From an uncultured SAR86 cluster bacterium (GTDB lineage Bacteria; Pseudomonadota; Gammaproteobacteria; Magnimaribacterales; D2472): a DNA stretch of 64,000 nucleotides. Below the pieces are notes generated by a model that ran no database searches, had not been told where the DNA came from, and saw only the letters and a list, made by a program, of their open reading frames with translations. The position numbers were made by a program, and so were the translations under genes. Shown here piece after piece: positions 23,199 through 33,458 of this stretch. The stretch lies in the NCBI GenBank assembly GCA_902602185.1, contig CACKPV010000001.1, positions 170,827 to 234,826 of the forward strand. The letters run 5' to 3'. Position 1 is the first letter of the stretch, and the number at the start of each line of letters is the position of its first letter.

Positions 23199-25784
23199 TT
23201 ACTTTTCTTTTCTTTTCCATTTTCCACTTTGAAAGGAAAAAGTTATTCCTGTTTTTTTTCCATCCTTTTCAGCTGATAAGTAATGGGTATCAGCAGACTT
23301 GTTATATCTTATAATCAAAGGAACTTCATTGTCAGTGGTTGGAGCAGATAATAAGAAATGATGTTTTGTTGGAAGATGTTCTTGTATTTCAACAATACTG
23401 CATAATTCTGATGCAGTTACAGCTCTAGTCTCTCTATTTTTTGGAAACTTACTCGCAGCTAAAAATAAGCCTTTTAGGCTGTCTCTTAACAAATAGGTAT
23501 CTTCAACTTTTTGACATGGGATACCGGTATCAATGGGATCCATGAATATTGGTTTTGGTTCTCCATTACGCATTAACTGTCTTGTAGTTCCGCAATTATC
23601 ATTTTGACATGCAAAGTACTTACCAAATCTCCCTGTTTTGAGTTGCATTTCTGATCCACATTTATGACATTCCAATGTTGGACCATCATAACCACGAATT
23701 TTGAATACACCCTCCTCAATTTCAAATCCAGAACAGTCAGGATTACCAGAACAAACATGAATTTTTTTGTATTCATCTATCAAATAATTATCCATACTTA
23801 AATCACAGATTTTGCACCTTTTTTTAATAAATAAGTTTGAAGCTTCCTGTTGATCATCGATACTTACAGCTTCCTCGCCAGAAATCAGATTTAGAGTTTT
23901 TTTACATTGCTCTTCTTTCGCATTGTTATAACCCTGACAGCCTAAAAATACTCCATTGGAAGAGTTTCTTATCATTAAAGTATCTTTTTCACATTGAGGA
24001 CAAACAAGTGAAATTGGTGTCGGTTTATTTGGTCTCATTCCATCATCCATATTTGCATTCTCTAAATCATCTTTAAAGGAATGATAGAACTTATTAAGAA
24101 CAGATCTCCATTCAAGTTCACCATTTGCAATTTTATCTAGCTCAATTTCAAGATTTGCTGTGAAATCATAATTCATTATGTCTTCGAAGCTTTCAAGCAA
24201 TCTCTCAGAAACAATTAATCCAATCTTGTTGACAAAAAATCTTTTATTCTCAAGAGTAACATAACCCTTATCTTCAATATTAGAAATAATATTTGCATAT
24301 GTTGATGGTCTGCCAATACCTTTACTTTCAAGCTCTTTAACTAAAGCTGCCTCTGAAAATCGACTTGGTGGTTTTGTATATTTCTTTTCATTTATTACTT
24401 TAATTAATTTAAGTGTTTGATTCTCTTCTAAAATAGGTAAATTCTCTTCATCTTTAATGTTTATCTTCTGGACTCTTGTATATCCATCGAATACAACCTC
24501 TCTTCCCTTTGCAAACAATCTAAAATCTTCAACATCAATAAAAGCATTTATCGATAAATATTTTGCATCCGGCATCTGACAAGAGATAAATTGACGCCAA
24601 ATTAAATCATATAACTTTTGTTCCTCTTCAGTATGTCCTTGCAATAATTCAGGAGAAAGTGAGGCACTTGTTGGTCTAATTGCTTCATGAGCTTCCTGAG
24701 CATTTTCTTTACTAGAATAAATTCTTGGCTTTTCAGTTAAATATTTTGAATCAAAGTTGCTAGTTATGAAGTTTCTTGCATCTTCGATTGAGTCATTACT
24801 CAGACTGGGGGCATCAGTCCTCATATATGTAATTTTTCCTGCCTCATATAATTTCTGAGCAACACGCATAGTTCTTGAAACTCCAAAACCTAATCTTGAA
24901 CTTGCAGCTTGTTGCAGTGTTGAGGTTATAAATGGAGCTCTTGGTCTCACAGTGGTCGGTTTTTTGGTTATTTCTGTAATTTTTAATTCAGAAGCATTTA
25001 TTAATGATTCAATATTTTTAGCATCAATTTCTGATAAAAGTGGATCACTTTTTTTTCTCTTCAACTTAAAATTGATAGGATTATTATTATGGTCATGCAC
25101 TTCTGCACTGATTTCCCAATACTCCTCAGGCTTAAATTGAGAAATTAACTTTTCCCTCTCGGCAAGCAGTCTTAGAGCAACAGATTGAACCCTACCAGCT
25201 GACAAACCTCTTGCAATTTTTTTCCAAAGCAATGGTGAAAGTTCAAAACCAACAACTCGATCAAGAAACCTTCTTGCCTGCTGTGCATCAACAAGATTTT
25301 GGTCAATTTCTTTGGGATCTTCAAAAGATTTTAAAATAGATGATTTTGTAATTTCATTAAATCTGACTCTCTTGTATTCAAATTTATTTTTCCCCAATGC
25401 CTCTCTAAGATGCCATGCAATGGCCTCACCTTCCCTATCTAAGTCGGTTGCTAAAAAAATAGTTTCAACATCTTTTGATGCTTTTTTTAATTGCTTTATG
25501 ACTTTTTCTTTTTCTGGAATAATTTCGAATCTAGCTGCCCAATTATTATCAGGATTAACACCCATTCTTCTAATAATCCTTTCCCTTTCAACCTGCTTTT
25601 TATATTTTTCTTTTTCTTCAATTGAAGTGAATTTGGGGGACGCTTTTCTAGGTTGCTTTTGAGAAGATCTTGGCAAGTCTCTTATGTGTCCTACACTTGA
25701 CTCGACTCTAAAGTCGCTTCCCAAATACTTAGAAATGGTCTTAGCTTTTGCTGGAGATTCAACGATTACTAATGATTTTGACAT
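23199..25784 (-). CDS. topA: DNA topoisomerase I
   Basis: LVIVESPAKAKTI, ATDLDREGEAI, SAGRVQS, ITYMRTD, C-terminal zinc ribbons. Confidence 0.99.
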   Translation of the reverse strand: MSKSLVIVESPAKAKTISKYLGSDFRVESSVGHIRDLPRSSQKQPRKASPKFTSIEEKEKYKKQVERERIIRRMGVNPDNNWAARFEIIPEKEKVIKQLKKASKDVETIFLATDLDREGEAIAWHLREALGKNKFEYKRVRFNEITKSSILKSFEDPKEIDQNLVDAQQARRFLDRVVGFELSPLLWKKIARGLSAGRVQSVALRLLAEREKLISQFKPEEYWEISAEVHDHNNNPINFKLKRKKSDPLLSEIDAKNIESLINASELKITEITKKPTTVRPRAPFITSTLQQAASSRLGFGVSRTMRVAQKLYEAGKITYMRTDAPSLSNDSIEDARNFITSNFDSKYLTEKPRIYSSKENAQEAHEAIRPTSASLSPELLQGHTEEEQKLYDLIWRQFISCQMPDAKYLSINAFIDVEDFRLFAKGREVVFDGYTRVQKINIKDEENLPILEENQTLKLIKVINEKKYTKPPSRFSEAALVKELESKGIGRPSTYANIISNIEDKGYVTLENKRFFVNKIGLIVSERLLESFEDIMNYDFTANLEIELDKIANGELEWRSVLNKFYHSFKDDLENANMDDGMRPNKPTPISLVCPQCEKDTLMIRNSSNGVFLGCQGYNNAKEEQCKKTLNLISGEEAVSIDDQQEASNLFIKKRCKICDLSMDNYLIDEYKKIHVCSGNPDCSGFEIEEGVFKIRGYDGPTLECHKCGSEMQLKTGRFGKYFACQNDNCGTTRQLMRNGEPKPIFMDPIDTGIPCQKVEDTYLLRDSLKGLFLAASKFPKNRETRAVTASELCSIVEIQEHLPTKHHFLLSAPTTDNEVPLIIRYNKSADTHYLSAEKDGKKTGITFSFQSGKWKRKEK

Positions 25785-25831
25785 AATTTCTTTTTTACAA
25801 ATATCACAAAATGAATATTCAGCGCAAGATT

Positions 25832-26272
25832 TTAAACTAAAATTTTGGAAATAATATCTTTTATTTCATTTAATTCTTTATGAGTATTTTTTTCATCCCA
25901 TAAAAAATGTATGTATTTTTTGTAAAAAATTATTTCTTGAACCGAGGGTGGTAGTTGATTAAGAATGGAGAGAATTTTGTCAAACTCCTGACTAAATTTT
26001 AACTTAACTGGGCCCTCACAAATCATTTCATCATTTGCTCTCACGAAATGAGCATCATGAAGATTTGTAATATTCTTTAATTGATAATGAATGAATTTAA
26101 CATCTTTTGACAGAAAATCTTTCTTTGATGATTGGGTTAGGAAAATATTGAAACCATGTTTTTTTGCATCCAATCTAAGTTTAGATAGTCTTCGCATTTT
26201 TGCAGATGGGAATGCAAAACTGAAACTGCCTATTAAAAATAAAATGGCTATCAAAGCAATAAGATAGGACAT
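25832..26272 (-). CDS. Hypothetical protein with N-terminal membrane anchor
   Basis: 146 aa ORF filling the pyrD-topA gap; hydrophobic N-terminus followed by basic RRLSKLR. Confidence 0.65.
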   Translation of the reverse strand: MSYLIALIAILFLIGSFSFAFPSAKMRRLSKLRLDAKKHGFNIFLTQSSKKDFLSKDVKFIHYQLKNITNLHDAHFVRANDEMICEGPVKLKFSQEFDKILSILNQLPPSVQEIIFYKKYIHFLWDEKNTHKELNEIKDIISKILV

Positions 26273-26275
26273 TAT

Positions 26276-27283
26276 CTAGGATAGGATATTCCTTGCAACT
26301 GCTGGACCTTCGTAGATGAATCCAGTATACAATTGAACAAGATCTGCACCATTCTCTGTCTTTTCATCAAAATCTTTTTTTGTGAAAACTCCCCCGACTC
26401 CAATGAGAACAAAATTATCCTGTTTTTGAGACTGTTTATTTAAAAATTTTGATATATATTTCAGTGTTTTGTTTGATTTTTTAAATAATGGTTTTCCTGA
26501 GATACCTCCATCAGGAAGGCCATTTAATTTCATCACAGATTTGTCAATAGTAGTATTCGAGACAATGAGTCCTGAGATATCAAAAGATTTGATATTGTCT
26601 AAAATTAGATCAAGAGTCTTCTCATCCTCATCCGGAGAAATCTTTAATAGTACTGGTATGTTAATTTGTTTATCTTTTTTAATTCTATTAATTTCATTAA
26701 AGACTTTTTCTAACTCACTAATTTCGTGAAGATCTCTTAATTCCGGTGTATTTGGTGACGAAATATTAATCGTAACATAATCGGTATGCTCAATAACTTT
26801 GCTGAAGCATTCAGAGTAATCATCAATTCTTTGCTGGCCTCTAGATCCTTTATTTGGTCCAATATTGACTCCAAGAATACAATCAAATTTCTTATCTCTA
26901 ATTTGATTTACCATAAAATCAATTCCTTTATTATTAAAGCCTAGGCTGTTAATAACAGCATTTTGAGATTGAAACCTATGAACGCGAGGCTTTTTATTTC
27001 CAAATTGTGGTCTTGGAGTAACTGTACCAACTTCAACAAAACCAAAACCTAACTTTGATAATTCATCAACATATTCAGCATTTTTATCTAAACCAGCTGC
27101 TATCCCTAACCTATTTTTAAAATCTAAATTTAGCAAAGTTGCTTTATGTTGCTCCCGTGTCGAGTCAAAATCAAACATCTTTTCCAGTAACCCGATTTTA
27201 TTGAGTCCTTTAAGACCATTCAGCCCAACTTTGTGAGAGGTTTCCGGAGGAAGCTTTCGAATTAAATTAAGTAAGTGTTTCAT
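26276..27283 (-). CDS. pyrD: Quinone-dependent dihydroorotate dehydrogenase
   Basis: AAGLDKN, GTVTPRPQ.GN, NISSPNTP, LKISPD, GGISGKP. Confidence 0.97.
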   Translation of the reverse strand: MKHLLNLIRKLPPETSHKVGLNGLKGLNKIGLLEKMFDFDSTREQHKATLLNLDFKNRLGIAAGLDKNAEYVDELSKLGFGFVEVGTVTPRPQFGNKKPRVHRFQSQNAVINSLGFNNKGIDFMVNQIRDKKFDCILGVNIGPNKGSRGQQRIDDYSECFSKVIEHTDYVTINISSPNTPELRDLHEISELEKVFNEINRIKKDKQINIPVLLKISPDEDEKTLDLILDNIKSFDISGLIVSNTTIDKSVMKLNGLPDGGISGKPLFKKSNKTLKYISKFLNKQSQKQDNFVLIGVGGVFTKKDFDEKTENGADLVQLYTGFIYEGPAVARNILS

Positions 27284-27289
27284 ATCTAT

Positions 27290-28111
27290 TTAAAAATCAT
27301 AGTTTTTTGCATAAAATTTTATTGCATCTACATATCCTTTCTTGCTTCCACAATCGAATTTCATTCCATCAAATTGATGTATACGCAACATTCTTGTTTG
27401 TAATAATCTTTGAATAGCATCTGTCAGTTGAATTTCACCATTTTTACCAACTTGAGTTTCTTCAAGCAGCTCAAAAATTTCTTTTGAAAGAATATACCTT
27501 CCAAAAACTGCAAGGTTTGATGGGGCATCTTTTATATCAGGTTTTTCGATAATCTGTTTGACTATTTCATTATCATTACCATCCATTTCTATAATGCCGA
27601 ATTGCGGTATTTGGAAATCCGATGCTTCAAAAACACCCAATACTGAGTCATTTGTAGAATTATTAATTGCAATCATTTCACCTAAGCAGCACTTTTCTGA
27701 TAAAACTAAATCATCTGCAAGCAAGATGGCAAAAAAAGGTTCATCAATAAAGTCTTTTGCTTGCAGAACGGCATGGCCAAAGCCCAATGGCTCCTTTTGT
27801 TCAACAAAACTAAAGGTAATTGAGTCGAAGTTATTTGGATTCACTAATTTAAGATAATTTTCTTTGTTTGATTGAATCAACCTCTTATTCAGCTCTAGTT
27901 GCTCAGTTACATAATGTTTTATTGAATCTTTTGTATGATTCGTAACAAAAATAATTTCTTCAATACCAGCATTGAATGCTTCATCAATAGCAAATTGTAT
28001 GAGTGGTCTGTCTATAATGGGCAACATCTCCTTTGGAATGGATTTTGTAATTGGGTAAAATCTAGTTCCCATACCAGCAACTGGTAATACTGCTTTTTTA
28101 ACTTGACTCAT
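27290..28111 (-). CDS. galU: UTP-glucose-1-phosphate uridylyltransferase
   Basis: KAVLPVAGMGTRF.P.TK.IPKEMLP, EKP, GEIQLTDAI. Confidence 0.95.
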   Translation of the reverse strand: MSQVKKAVLPVAGMGTRFYPITKSIPKEMLPIIDRPLIQFAIDEAFNAGIEEIIFVTNHTKDSIKHYVTEQLELNKRLIQSNKENYLKLVNPNNFDSITFSFVEQKEPLGFGHAVLQAKDFIDEPFFAILLADDLVLSEKCCLGEMIAINNSTNDSVLGVFEASDFQIPQFGIIEMDGNDNEIVKQIIEKPDIKDAPSNLAVFGRYILSKEIFELLEETQVGKNGEIQLTDAIQRLLQTRMLRIHQFDGMKFDCGSKKGYVDAIKFYAKNYDF

Positions 28112-28727
28112 AACTTTTAGAATCATTATATAACTTAAAGATAGAACTCATTGTAAATCCACCAATCAAACCTCCAAGATGGGCAAAATTAGCAATTTTT
28201 CCAAATCCCAGCAAATCCAAAAGACCAGTAAAACCTAGACATAACCAAATCAGCATGAATAAGTACAAAGCTGGTGGTAAAAGATATTTATTTCTACTTT
28301 CCATTAGTTCTTGAGAAAAACAAAATCCCAATAACCCATAAACGACTCCTGAAAGACCCCCAAATATAGATACTCCACTGAAGTAAAAATGCATCAAATT
28401 GCCAAATATGGCTGAAAAGAGACAAATTAAAATAAAAATAGATTTTCCATCAATCACTTCAATTTTTTGTCCCAAGATGTACATCCACAAGCAGTTAAAT
28501 ACTAAATGTGTGAGTGAAAAATGGATAAAAATTGGGGTGATTAATCTCCACCACTCCTCAATAAATAAATTTTTATCACTGACTTGAGAAAATATAATAG
28601 ATGCATTTGAAATTTCAAATCCTGTAAAAAAAAGGGGCTCAATTATTGATATGTTTGATCCAAAATTTGATATTAGTGCCACGAGACATGCTAAACCAAT
28701 AATGTATATGTAGACTTTATCAGACAC
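28098..28727 (-). CDS. Rhomboid intramembrane serine protease (GlpG-like)
   Basis: WWRLITP, HFSLTHLVFN, GGLSGVVYG, ANFAHLGGL. Confidence 0.93.
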   Translation of the reverse strand: MSDKVYIYIIGLACLVALISNFGSNISIIEPLFFTGFEISNASIIFSQVSDKNLFIEEWWRLITPIFIHFSLTHLVFNCLWMYILGQKIEVIDGKSIFILICLFSAIFGNLMHFYFSGVSIFGGLSGVVYGLLGFCFSQELMESRNKYLLPPALYLFMLIWLCLGFTGLLDLLGFGKIANFAHLGGLIGGFTMSSIFKLYNDSKSYESS

Positions 28728-29593
28728 TACTTATTATTTTTATCAGTCCCAATTGACCATCCCAATTTCTCTCTGCAAGCTTCAAAAAAGTTGTAACTTT
28801 TGGGATGTATAAGTTTTAACTTATCCTTCTTCTTATTAATTGTGATAGATTTTCCAAATGGAACGTTGATATCTTTTTGCCCATCAGCACTGATTGAGGC
28901 TTCATTTTTAGGCCCATTAATAAGATTTACAGTAAGAGTTTGCTCCGATGAAATCACAAATGGTCTTGAAGATAGATTATGAGATAGAATTGGGATTATG
29001 CTCCAAACATCAAGTTTTGGTGAAATAATTGATCCTCCAGCAGAAAGAGAGTATGCAGTTGAACCAGTAGATGTTGAAATTATTAACCCATCTGCTCTGA
29101 GTTCATAAACAGTTTTTTCATCAAGTTCTAAGCTATACTGCATCAATTGTGCATAAGATCCAGAATGAATAACTATCTCATTTAAACCAAAAATTTTAAA
29201 ATCACCTATTGTTGCTTGCACCAAAGAGCGTTCCTCAATAACAAAATCACCAGAAAAAATTTCTTGTAACAACTTTGATAAGTTGTCCAAGGAAACATCA
29301 GTTAAAAATCCCACATTTCCCATGTTTATACCAAGTATTGGCTTATTACCGATAATGAAATCTTTGGCTGCTTTTAAAATAGTCCCATCACCCCCAAATA
29401 CAAGAACCAAATCAACTTGTTGGATAAACGCATCAACATTATGCGAAAAATCCCATTTATTTTTTGGAATTTTTAGTTCTTCACCGAAAATTAATATTTC
29501 AGAGCAAAACTCATGGACTATTTCTAGATTAGGGGCAACCTGACTTTCAAAATCCAAGGTTTCTTTGAAAACAACTCCTATCTTTTGAAACAT
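28727..29593 (-). CDS. nadK: NAD kinase
   Basis: GGDGTIL, GFLT, LNE, ADGLIISTSTGSTAYSLSAGG. Confidence 0.96.
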   Translation of the reverse strand: MFQKIGVVFKETLDFESQVAPNLEIVHEFCSEILIFGEELKIPKNKWDFSHNVDAFIQQVDLVLVFGGDGTILKAAKDFIIGNKPILGINMGNVGFLTDVSLDNLSKLLQEIFSGDFVIEERSLVQATIGDFKIFGLNEIVIHSGSYAQLMQYSLELDEKTVYELRADGLIISTSTGSTAYSLSAGGSIISPKLDVWSIIPILSHNLSSRPFVISSEQTLTVNLINGPKNEASISADGQKDINVPFGKSITINKKKDKLKLIHPKSYNFFEACREKLGWSIGTDKNNK

Positions 29594-29699
29594 GGCCAAA
29601 TTATAACCCTAAAAAAATTTGATTGATGATTTAAACAACATTTCTTGATATTAGCTTAAAAATATTTAAAATCATGTTTTTTAATAACTAATTTTAATT

Positions 29700-30893
29700 A
29701 TGAGTGATTTAGATAATTTCAGACAAGAAACAAAAGAATGGTTGGATAAAAACTGTCCACCAACAATGCGATCAGGCGCCCCTTCAAATGCTCCAGTTGA
29801 TGAAGTTTGGGGAGGAAAGAAAGCAAAATATAAAAATCCTGAGTCTAAGATATGGTTGGATCGAATGGGTGAAAAAGGTTGGACAATGCCTACAGTGCCT
29901 AAAGAATATGGAGGTGGTGGCCTTTCTAAAGAAGAAGTAAAAATTCTGAATGAAGAAATGTTTGCTATCGGTGCCAGACAACCTTTGCTTAGTTTCGGTA
30001 TTTGGATGCTTGCTCCAGTGCTCCTTGAATATGGAACTGAGGAACAAAAACAAAAACATATACCTAAAATTATCAAAGGTGAAATTAGATGGTGTCAAGG
30101 TTATTCCGAGCCTGGATCTGGCTCTGATTTAGCTAGTCTAGCTACCAAAGCTGAAGATAAAGGAGATCACTTTTTAGTCAATGGTCAAAAAATTTGGACA
30201 TCTTATGCTGATCATGCTGATTGGATATTTGCCCTTGTAAGAACTGGTCCTAAAGAACCCAAGCATGATGGTATTAGTTTTTTACTAATAGATATGGATA
30301 ATAAAGGTGTTTCTACAAAACCAATTACGTTAATAAGTGGGAAATCACCTTTTTGCGAAACCTTTTTTGATGATGTTGAGGTACCCAAAGAAAATTTAAT
30401 TGGAGATCTCAATAAGGGTTGGACCATTGCAAAAAAATTACTCCAACATGAAAGAAAATTTATTTCAAATTTTGGTTTAGCTGCAGCAATGGGCAGTAAA
30501 AAGGATGTAGTATCAATTGCAAAAAAACACTTTGGAGAACTTGATGGAGAGATTGCAAATCCAATTTTTCGTTCCAAAGTTATTGATCATAAAATGAAAG
30601 AGCATGCTTTTGGTCTAACGTTACAAAGAGCAGGTGATGAAGGTGGAAAAGCTTCAGCAGTTGCTTCAATGTTTAAATATTATGGTACAGAGCATAATAA
30701 AAGACGTCATGAACTAATGGTGGCTGCCTCAGGGATAAATGGTTTAGCTTGGGACGGTGATGAATTTGACCAAGATGAAAAAAACCTCACTCGTGCCTGG
30801 TTACGAACTAAAGGTAATTCAATAGAAGGTGGAACATCTGAGGTACAACTTAATGTAATCTCAAAAAGAGTATTAGAGCTTCCATCATCCTAA
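29700..30893 (+). CDS. Acyl-CoA dehydrogenase, catalytic subunit of a probable heteromeric pair
   Basis: WCQGYSEPGSGSDLASL, NGQKIWTS, LQHER, SIEGGTSEVQ. Confidence 0.93.
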   Translation: MSDLDNFRQETKEWLDKNCPPTMRSGAPSNAPVDEVWGGKKAKYKNPESKIWLDRMGEKGWTMPTVPKEYGGGGLSKEEVKILNEEMFAIGARQPLLSFGIWMLAPVLLEYGTEEQKQKHIPKIIKGEIRWCQGYSEPGSGSDLASLATKAEDKGDHFLVNGQKIWTSYADHADWIFALVRTGPKEPKHDGISFLLIDMDNKGVSTKPITLISGKSPFCETFFDDVEVPKENLIGDLNKGWTIAKKLLQHERKFISNFGLAAAMGSKKDVVSIAKKHFGELDGEIANPIFRSKVIDHKMKEHAFGLTLQRAGDEGGKASAVASMFKYYGTEHNKRRHELMVAASGINGLAWDGDEFDQDEKNLTRAWLRTKGNSIEGGTSEVQLNVISKRVLELPSS

Positions 30894-32035
30894 TGAAACT
30901 AATTCTTACCGAGGAACAATCTTTTTTAAAAGAAACTGCAAAAAATTTTGTTTCTGAAAAAACACCTGTTGATCATTTTAGAAAACTGCGTGATAACGAA
31001 GACTTACTTGGTTGGGATAAAGAAATTTGGTCACAAATGGTTGCTTTAGGTTGGTCAGGAATTTTAGTACCTGAAGAATTCGGTGGATCAAACTTTGGTA
31101 TCACTGGGATGAGTGTGATCATGCAAGAGTGTGGCAAAAATTTAACCCCCTCTCCATTATTTGCAACTGGTGTAATGGGTGTCTCAGTGCTCACAAGTTT
31201 TGGAAATCATGAACAACAAGAAGATCTTCTACCAAAGATTGTAAATGGAGAAATCACAACATGCCTTGCAATCGATGAAGAGTCTCATCATGATCCAATA
31301 AACTCTATGCCTTTTGCATCACAAAATGGAGACAGCTTCATATTAAATGGGAAAAAGGTTGGGGTTGTGGATGGGGCAAGTGCTGATATTATTTTTGTTA
31401 TTGCGAGAACATCCGGAGATAAAGGTGATAAAGATGGATTTAGTATTTTCTCATTGGATGCTGCAACTACAAAAAATCTTAATATTCAGAAACTTCAAAT
31501 GGCAGATCATAGAAACTATGCCAATATTTATTTTAATAATGTTGAAGTTGATTCTTCAAAAGTAATTGGAGATGTGAATTTAAGTCTTGATGAAATTGAC
31601 AAAATTCTTGATATTGGTCGAACTGCTTTGTCTGCAGAAATGCTGGGAAGCATTGAACAAGCATATTCAATGACACTTGAATATTTAAAAGAAAGAAAAC
31701 AATTTGGTGTTCGGATTGGATCTTTCCAGGCATTGCAACACAGAGCTGCGGAAATGTTTTGTGAAATTGAATTGACTAAATCTGCAGTGATGGGGGCAAT
31801 GAAAGGTATAGAAGAGAATTCAAATGATAAAGAAAGGTTATCAAGTCTTGCAAAAACTATAGTTGGAGAAACAGCTCACTTAGTGACTAATGAGGCAATT
31901 CAAATGCATGGGGGTATTGGCGTAACAGATGAGTATGATATTGGTTTTTATCTAAAACGAGCTAGGGTGTCTGAAACAATTTTAGGTAGTTCAACATTCC
32001 ATCAAGAGAGATATGCTAAGCTTGCAGGGTTTTAG
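30893..32035 (+). CDS. Acyl-CoA dehydrogenase, partner subunit
   Basis: RKQFG..IGSFQALQH, QMHGGIGVTDE; lacks the SEP.AGSD motif; overlaps the upstream stop codon. Confidence 0.9.
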   Translation: MKLILTEEQSFLKETAKNFVSEKTPVDHFRKLRDNEDLLGWDKEIWSQMVALGWSGILVPEEFGGSNFGITGMSVIMQECGKNLTPSPLFATGVMGVSVLTSFGNHEQQEDLLPKIVNGEITTCLAIDEESHHDPINSMPFASQNGDSFILNGKKVGVVDGASADIIFVIARTSGDKGDKDGFSIFSLDAATTKNLNIQKLQMADHRNYANIYFNNVEVDSSKVIGDVNLSLDEIDKILDIGRTALSAEMLGSIEQAYSMTLEYLKERKQFGVRIGSFQALQHRAAEMFCEIELTKSAVMGAMKGIEENSNDKERLSSLAKTIVGETAHLVTNEAIQMHGGIGVTDEYDIGFYLKRARVSETILGSSTFHQERYAKLAGF

Positions 32036-32046
32036 ATTTACTCAAT

Positions 32047-32931
32047 GTGTATAAATTAATACTTTCAATCAGAGCACTTGTTATTTTACTTGGAATCGCA
32101 ATTATTCTTTTTTTAGGTTTTGGCACTCTGACAGTTATTAACTTTCCTAGAATCATAATACGTTATAAACCTTTTAAAACCTCGTTAGCAAGTATCTCGA
32201 ATTATATTGGTAATTTAGTTGTGAGTGCTTTGGCAATTTTCATTCAATTCATGCACAAAAAGAGATGGAAAGTAATAGATAATAACGAATTCAGCTCAAA
32301 TCATTGGTATCTTGCTACATCTAACCATCAATCGTGGGGTGATGTTTTTATCGTTCTTGCAGCTGCAAATTATAAAGTACCTTTGTTTAAAATTTTTATG
32401 AAAAAAGATCTTTGGTGGTTGCCTCCAGTATTTCTTGCAAATGTAACGCTAAACATGCCTTTTGTGAATCGGCACTCAAAAGAAGAATTAGAGAAAAATC
32501 CAGATCTCAGATTCAAAGACTACAATAATACCATTGCTTCCTGCAAACGATTTTCAAGGCAACCAACAACAATATTTAGTTTTGCAGAAGGTACCAGAAA
32601 TACAAAAAAGAAACATGAATTGCAAGATTCTCCTTACAGGAATTTGCTTAAACCAAAAATAGGAGGGATAGCTACTGCCCTTTGTGCATTTCCAGAAATT
32701 GAATATCTCATTGATTACACCCTCAAATATAAAAGTCACAAAAGATCTTTTTGGGACTTTTTGATGGGTGATCTTTCCGATGCGAAGGTTTCAGTAAAAA
32801 AATATAAAATCCCTCCGGAACTAAAAAACAAAAATTATATCCATGATGAGAACTATAGAAAAGATTTTAGAAAATGGATGGATGAAATTTGGATTATTAA
32901 AGATAAAACTATTGATGATTTAAAATTTTAA
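32047..32931 (+). CDS. PlsC-family acyltransferase (YihG-like)
   Basis: NHQSWGD (HX4D), FAEGTR, LLKPK.GG. Confidence 0.9.
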   Translation: MYKLILSIRALVILLGIAIILFLGFGTLTVINFPRIIIRYKPFKTSLASISNYIGNLVVSALAIFIQFMHKKRWKVIDNNEFSSNHWYLATSNHQSWGDVFIVLAAANYKVPLFKIFMKKDLWWLPPVFLANVTLNMPFVNRHSKEELEKNPDLRFKDYNNTIASCKRFSRQPTTIFSFAEGTRNTKKKHELQDSPYRNLLKPKIGGIATALCAFPEIEYLIDYTLKYKSHKRSFWDFLMGDLSDAKVSVKKYKIPPELKNKNYIHDENYRKDFRKWMDEIWIIKDKTIDDLKF

Positions 32932-33414
32932 CTTGTCATGACTTACAAGAAACCCGTTTTCATCAACATAGACCCAACTATCACTTGAAATTATTACACC
33001 TGCAAAAATTGCAAATTCTTTTTTATTTCCAAGTCCCTGTTTAGCAGTTTTTGAAGCTATAGTACCTCTAGCTAGTATCCCTATCTCTATGTTAACTAAA
33101 TGTTCTCGATCTCTTACAAAACCATTTATTAAAAACCCAGACCAATTATTTACTAAAGCCGACGATGCAATTTCATCACCGAGCATAGCAGCATGATTTA
33201 CAGAAGGAGAATCGACTACTAAAATCTTGTTTGATCCATCCTCTCTGACAATTTCTTTAACCAGAGAATTATCATCTGGACAGGAAATTATAACTGCTTG
33301 TCCATAAAATTTTTTTATACTCCCATATGAAAAGAAGTTTTCCAGGCTTTGGAAAGTACTTTTAGGAAACTGATCTTTTAAGTCACATGTTGAAAATTCT
33401 GCTTTTTTTACCAT
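32920..33414 (-). CDS. rraA: RraA family protein (RNase E inhibitor / HMG aldolase-like)
   Basis: STCDL.D, DDNSLV, ILVVD, AMLGD, GFVRD, YVDENG. Confidence 0.85.
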   Translation of the reverse strand: MVKKAEFSTCDLKDQFPKSTFQSLENFFSYGSIKKFYGQAVIISCPDDNSLVKEIVREDGSNKILVVDSPSVNHAAMLGDEIASSALVNNWSGFLINGFVRDREHLVNIEIGILARGTIASKTAKQGLGNKKEFAIFAGVIISSDSWVYVDENGFLVSHDKLKF

Positions 33415-33458
33415 TTAAATATTATAATTTATTTTGGTTAGTTAATTTTTAGACGATT

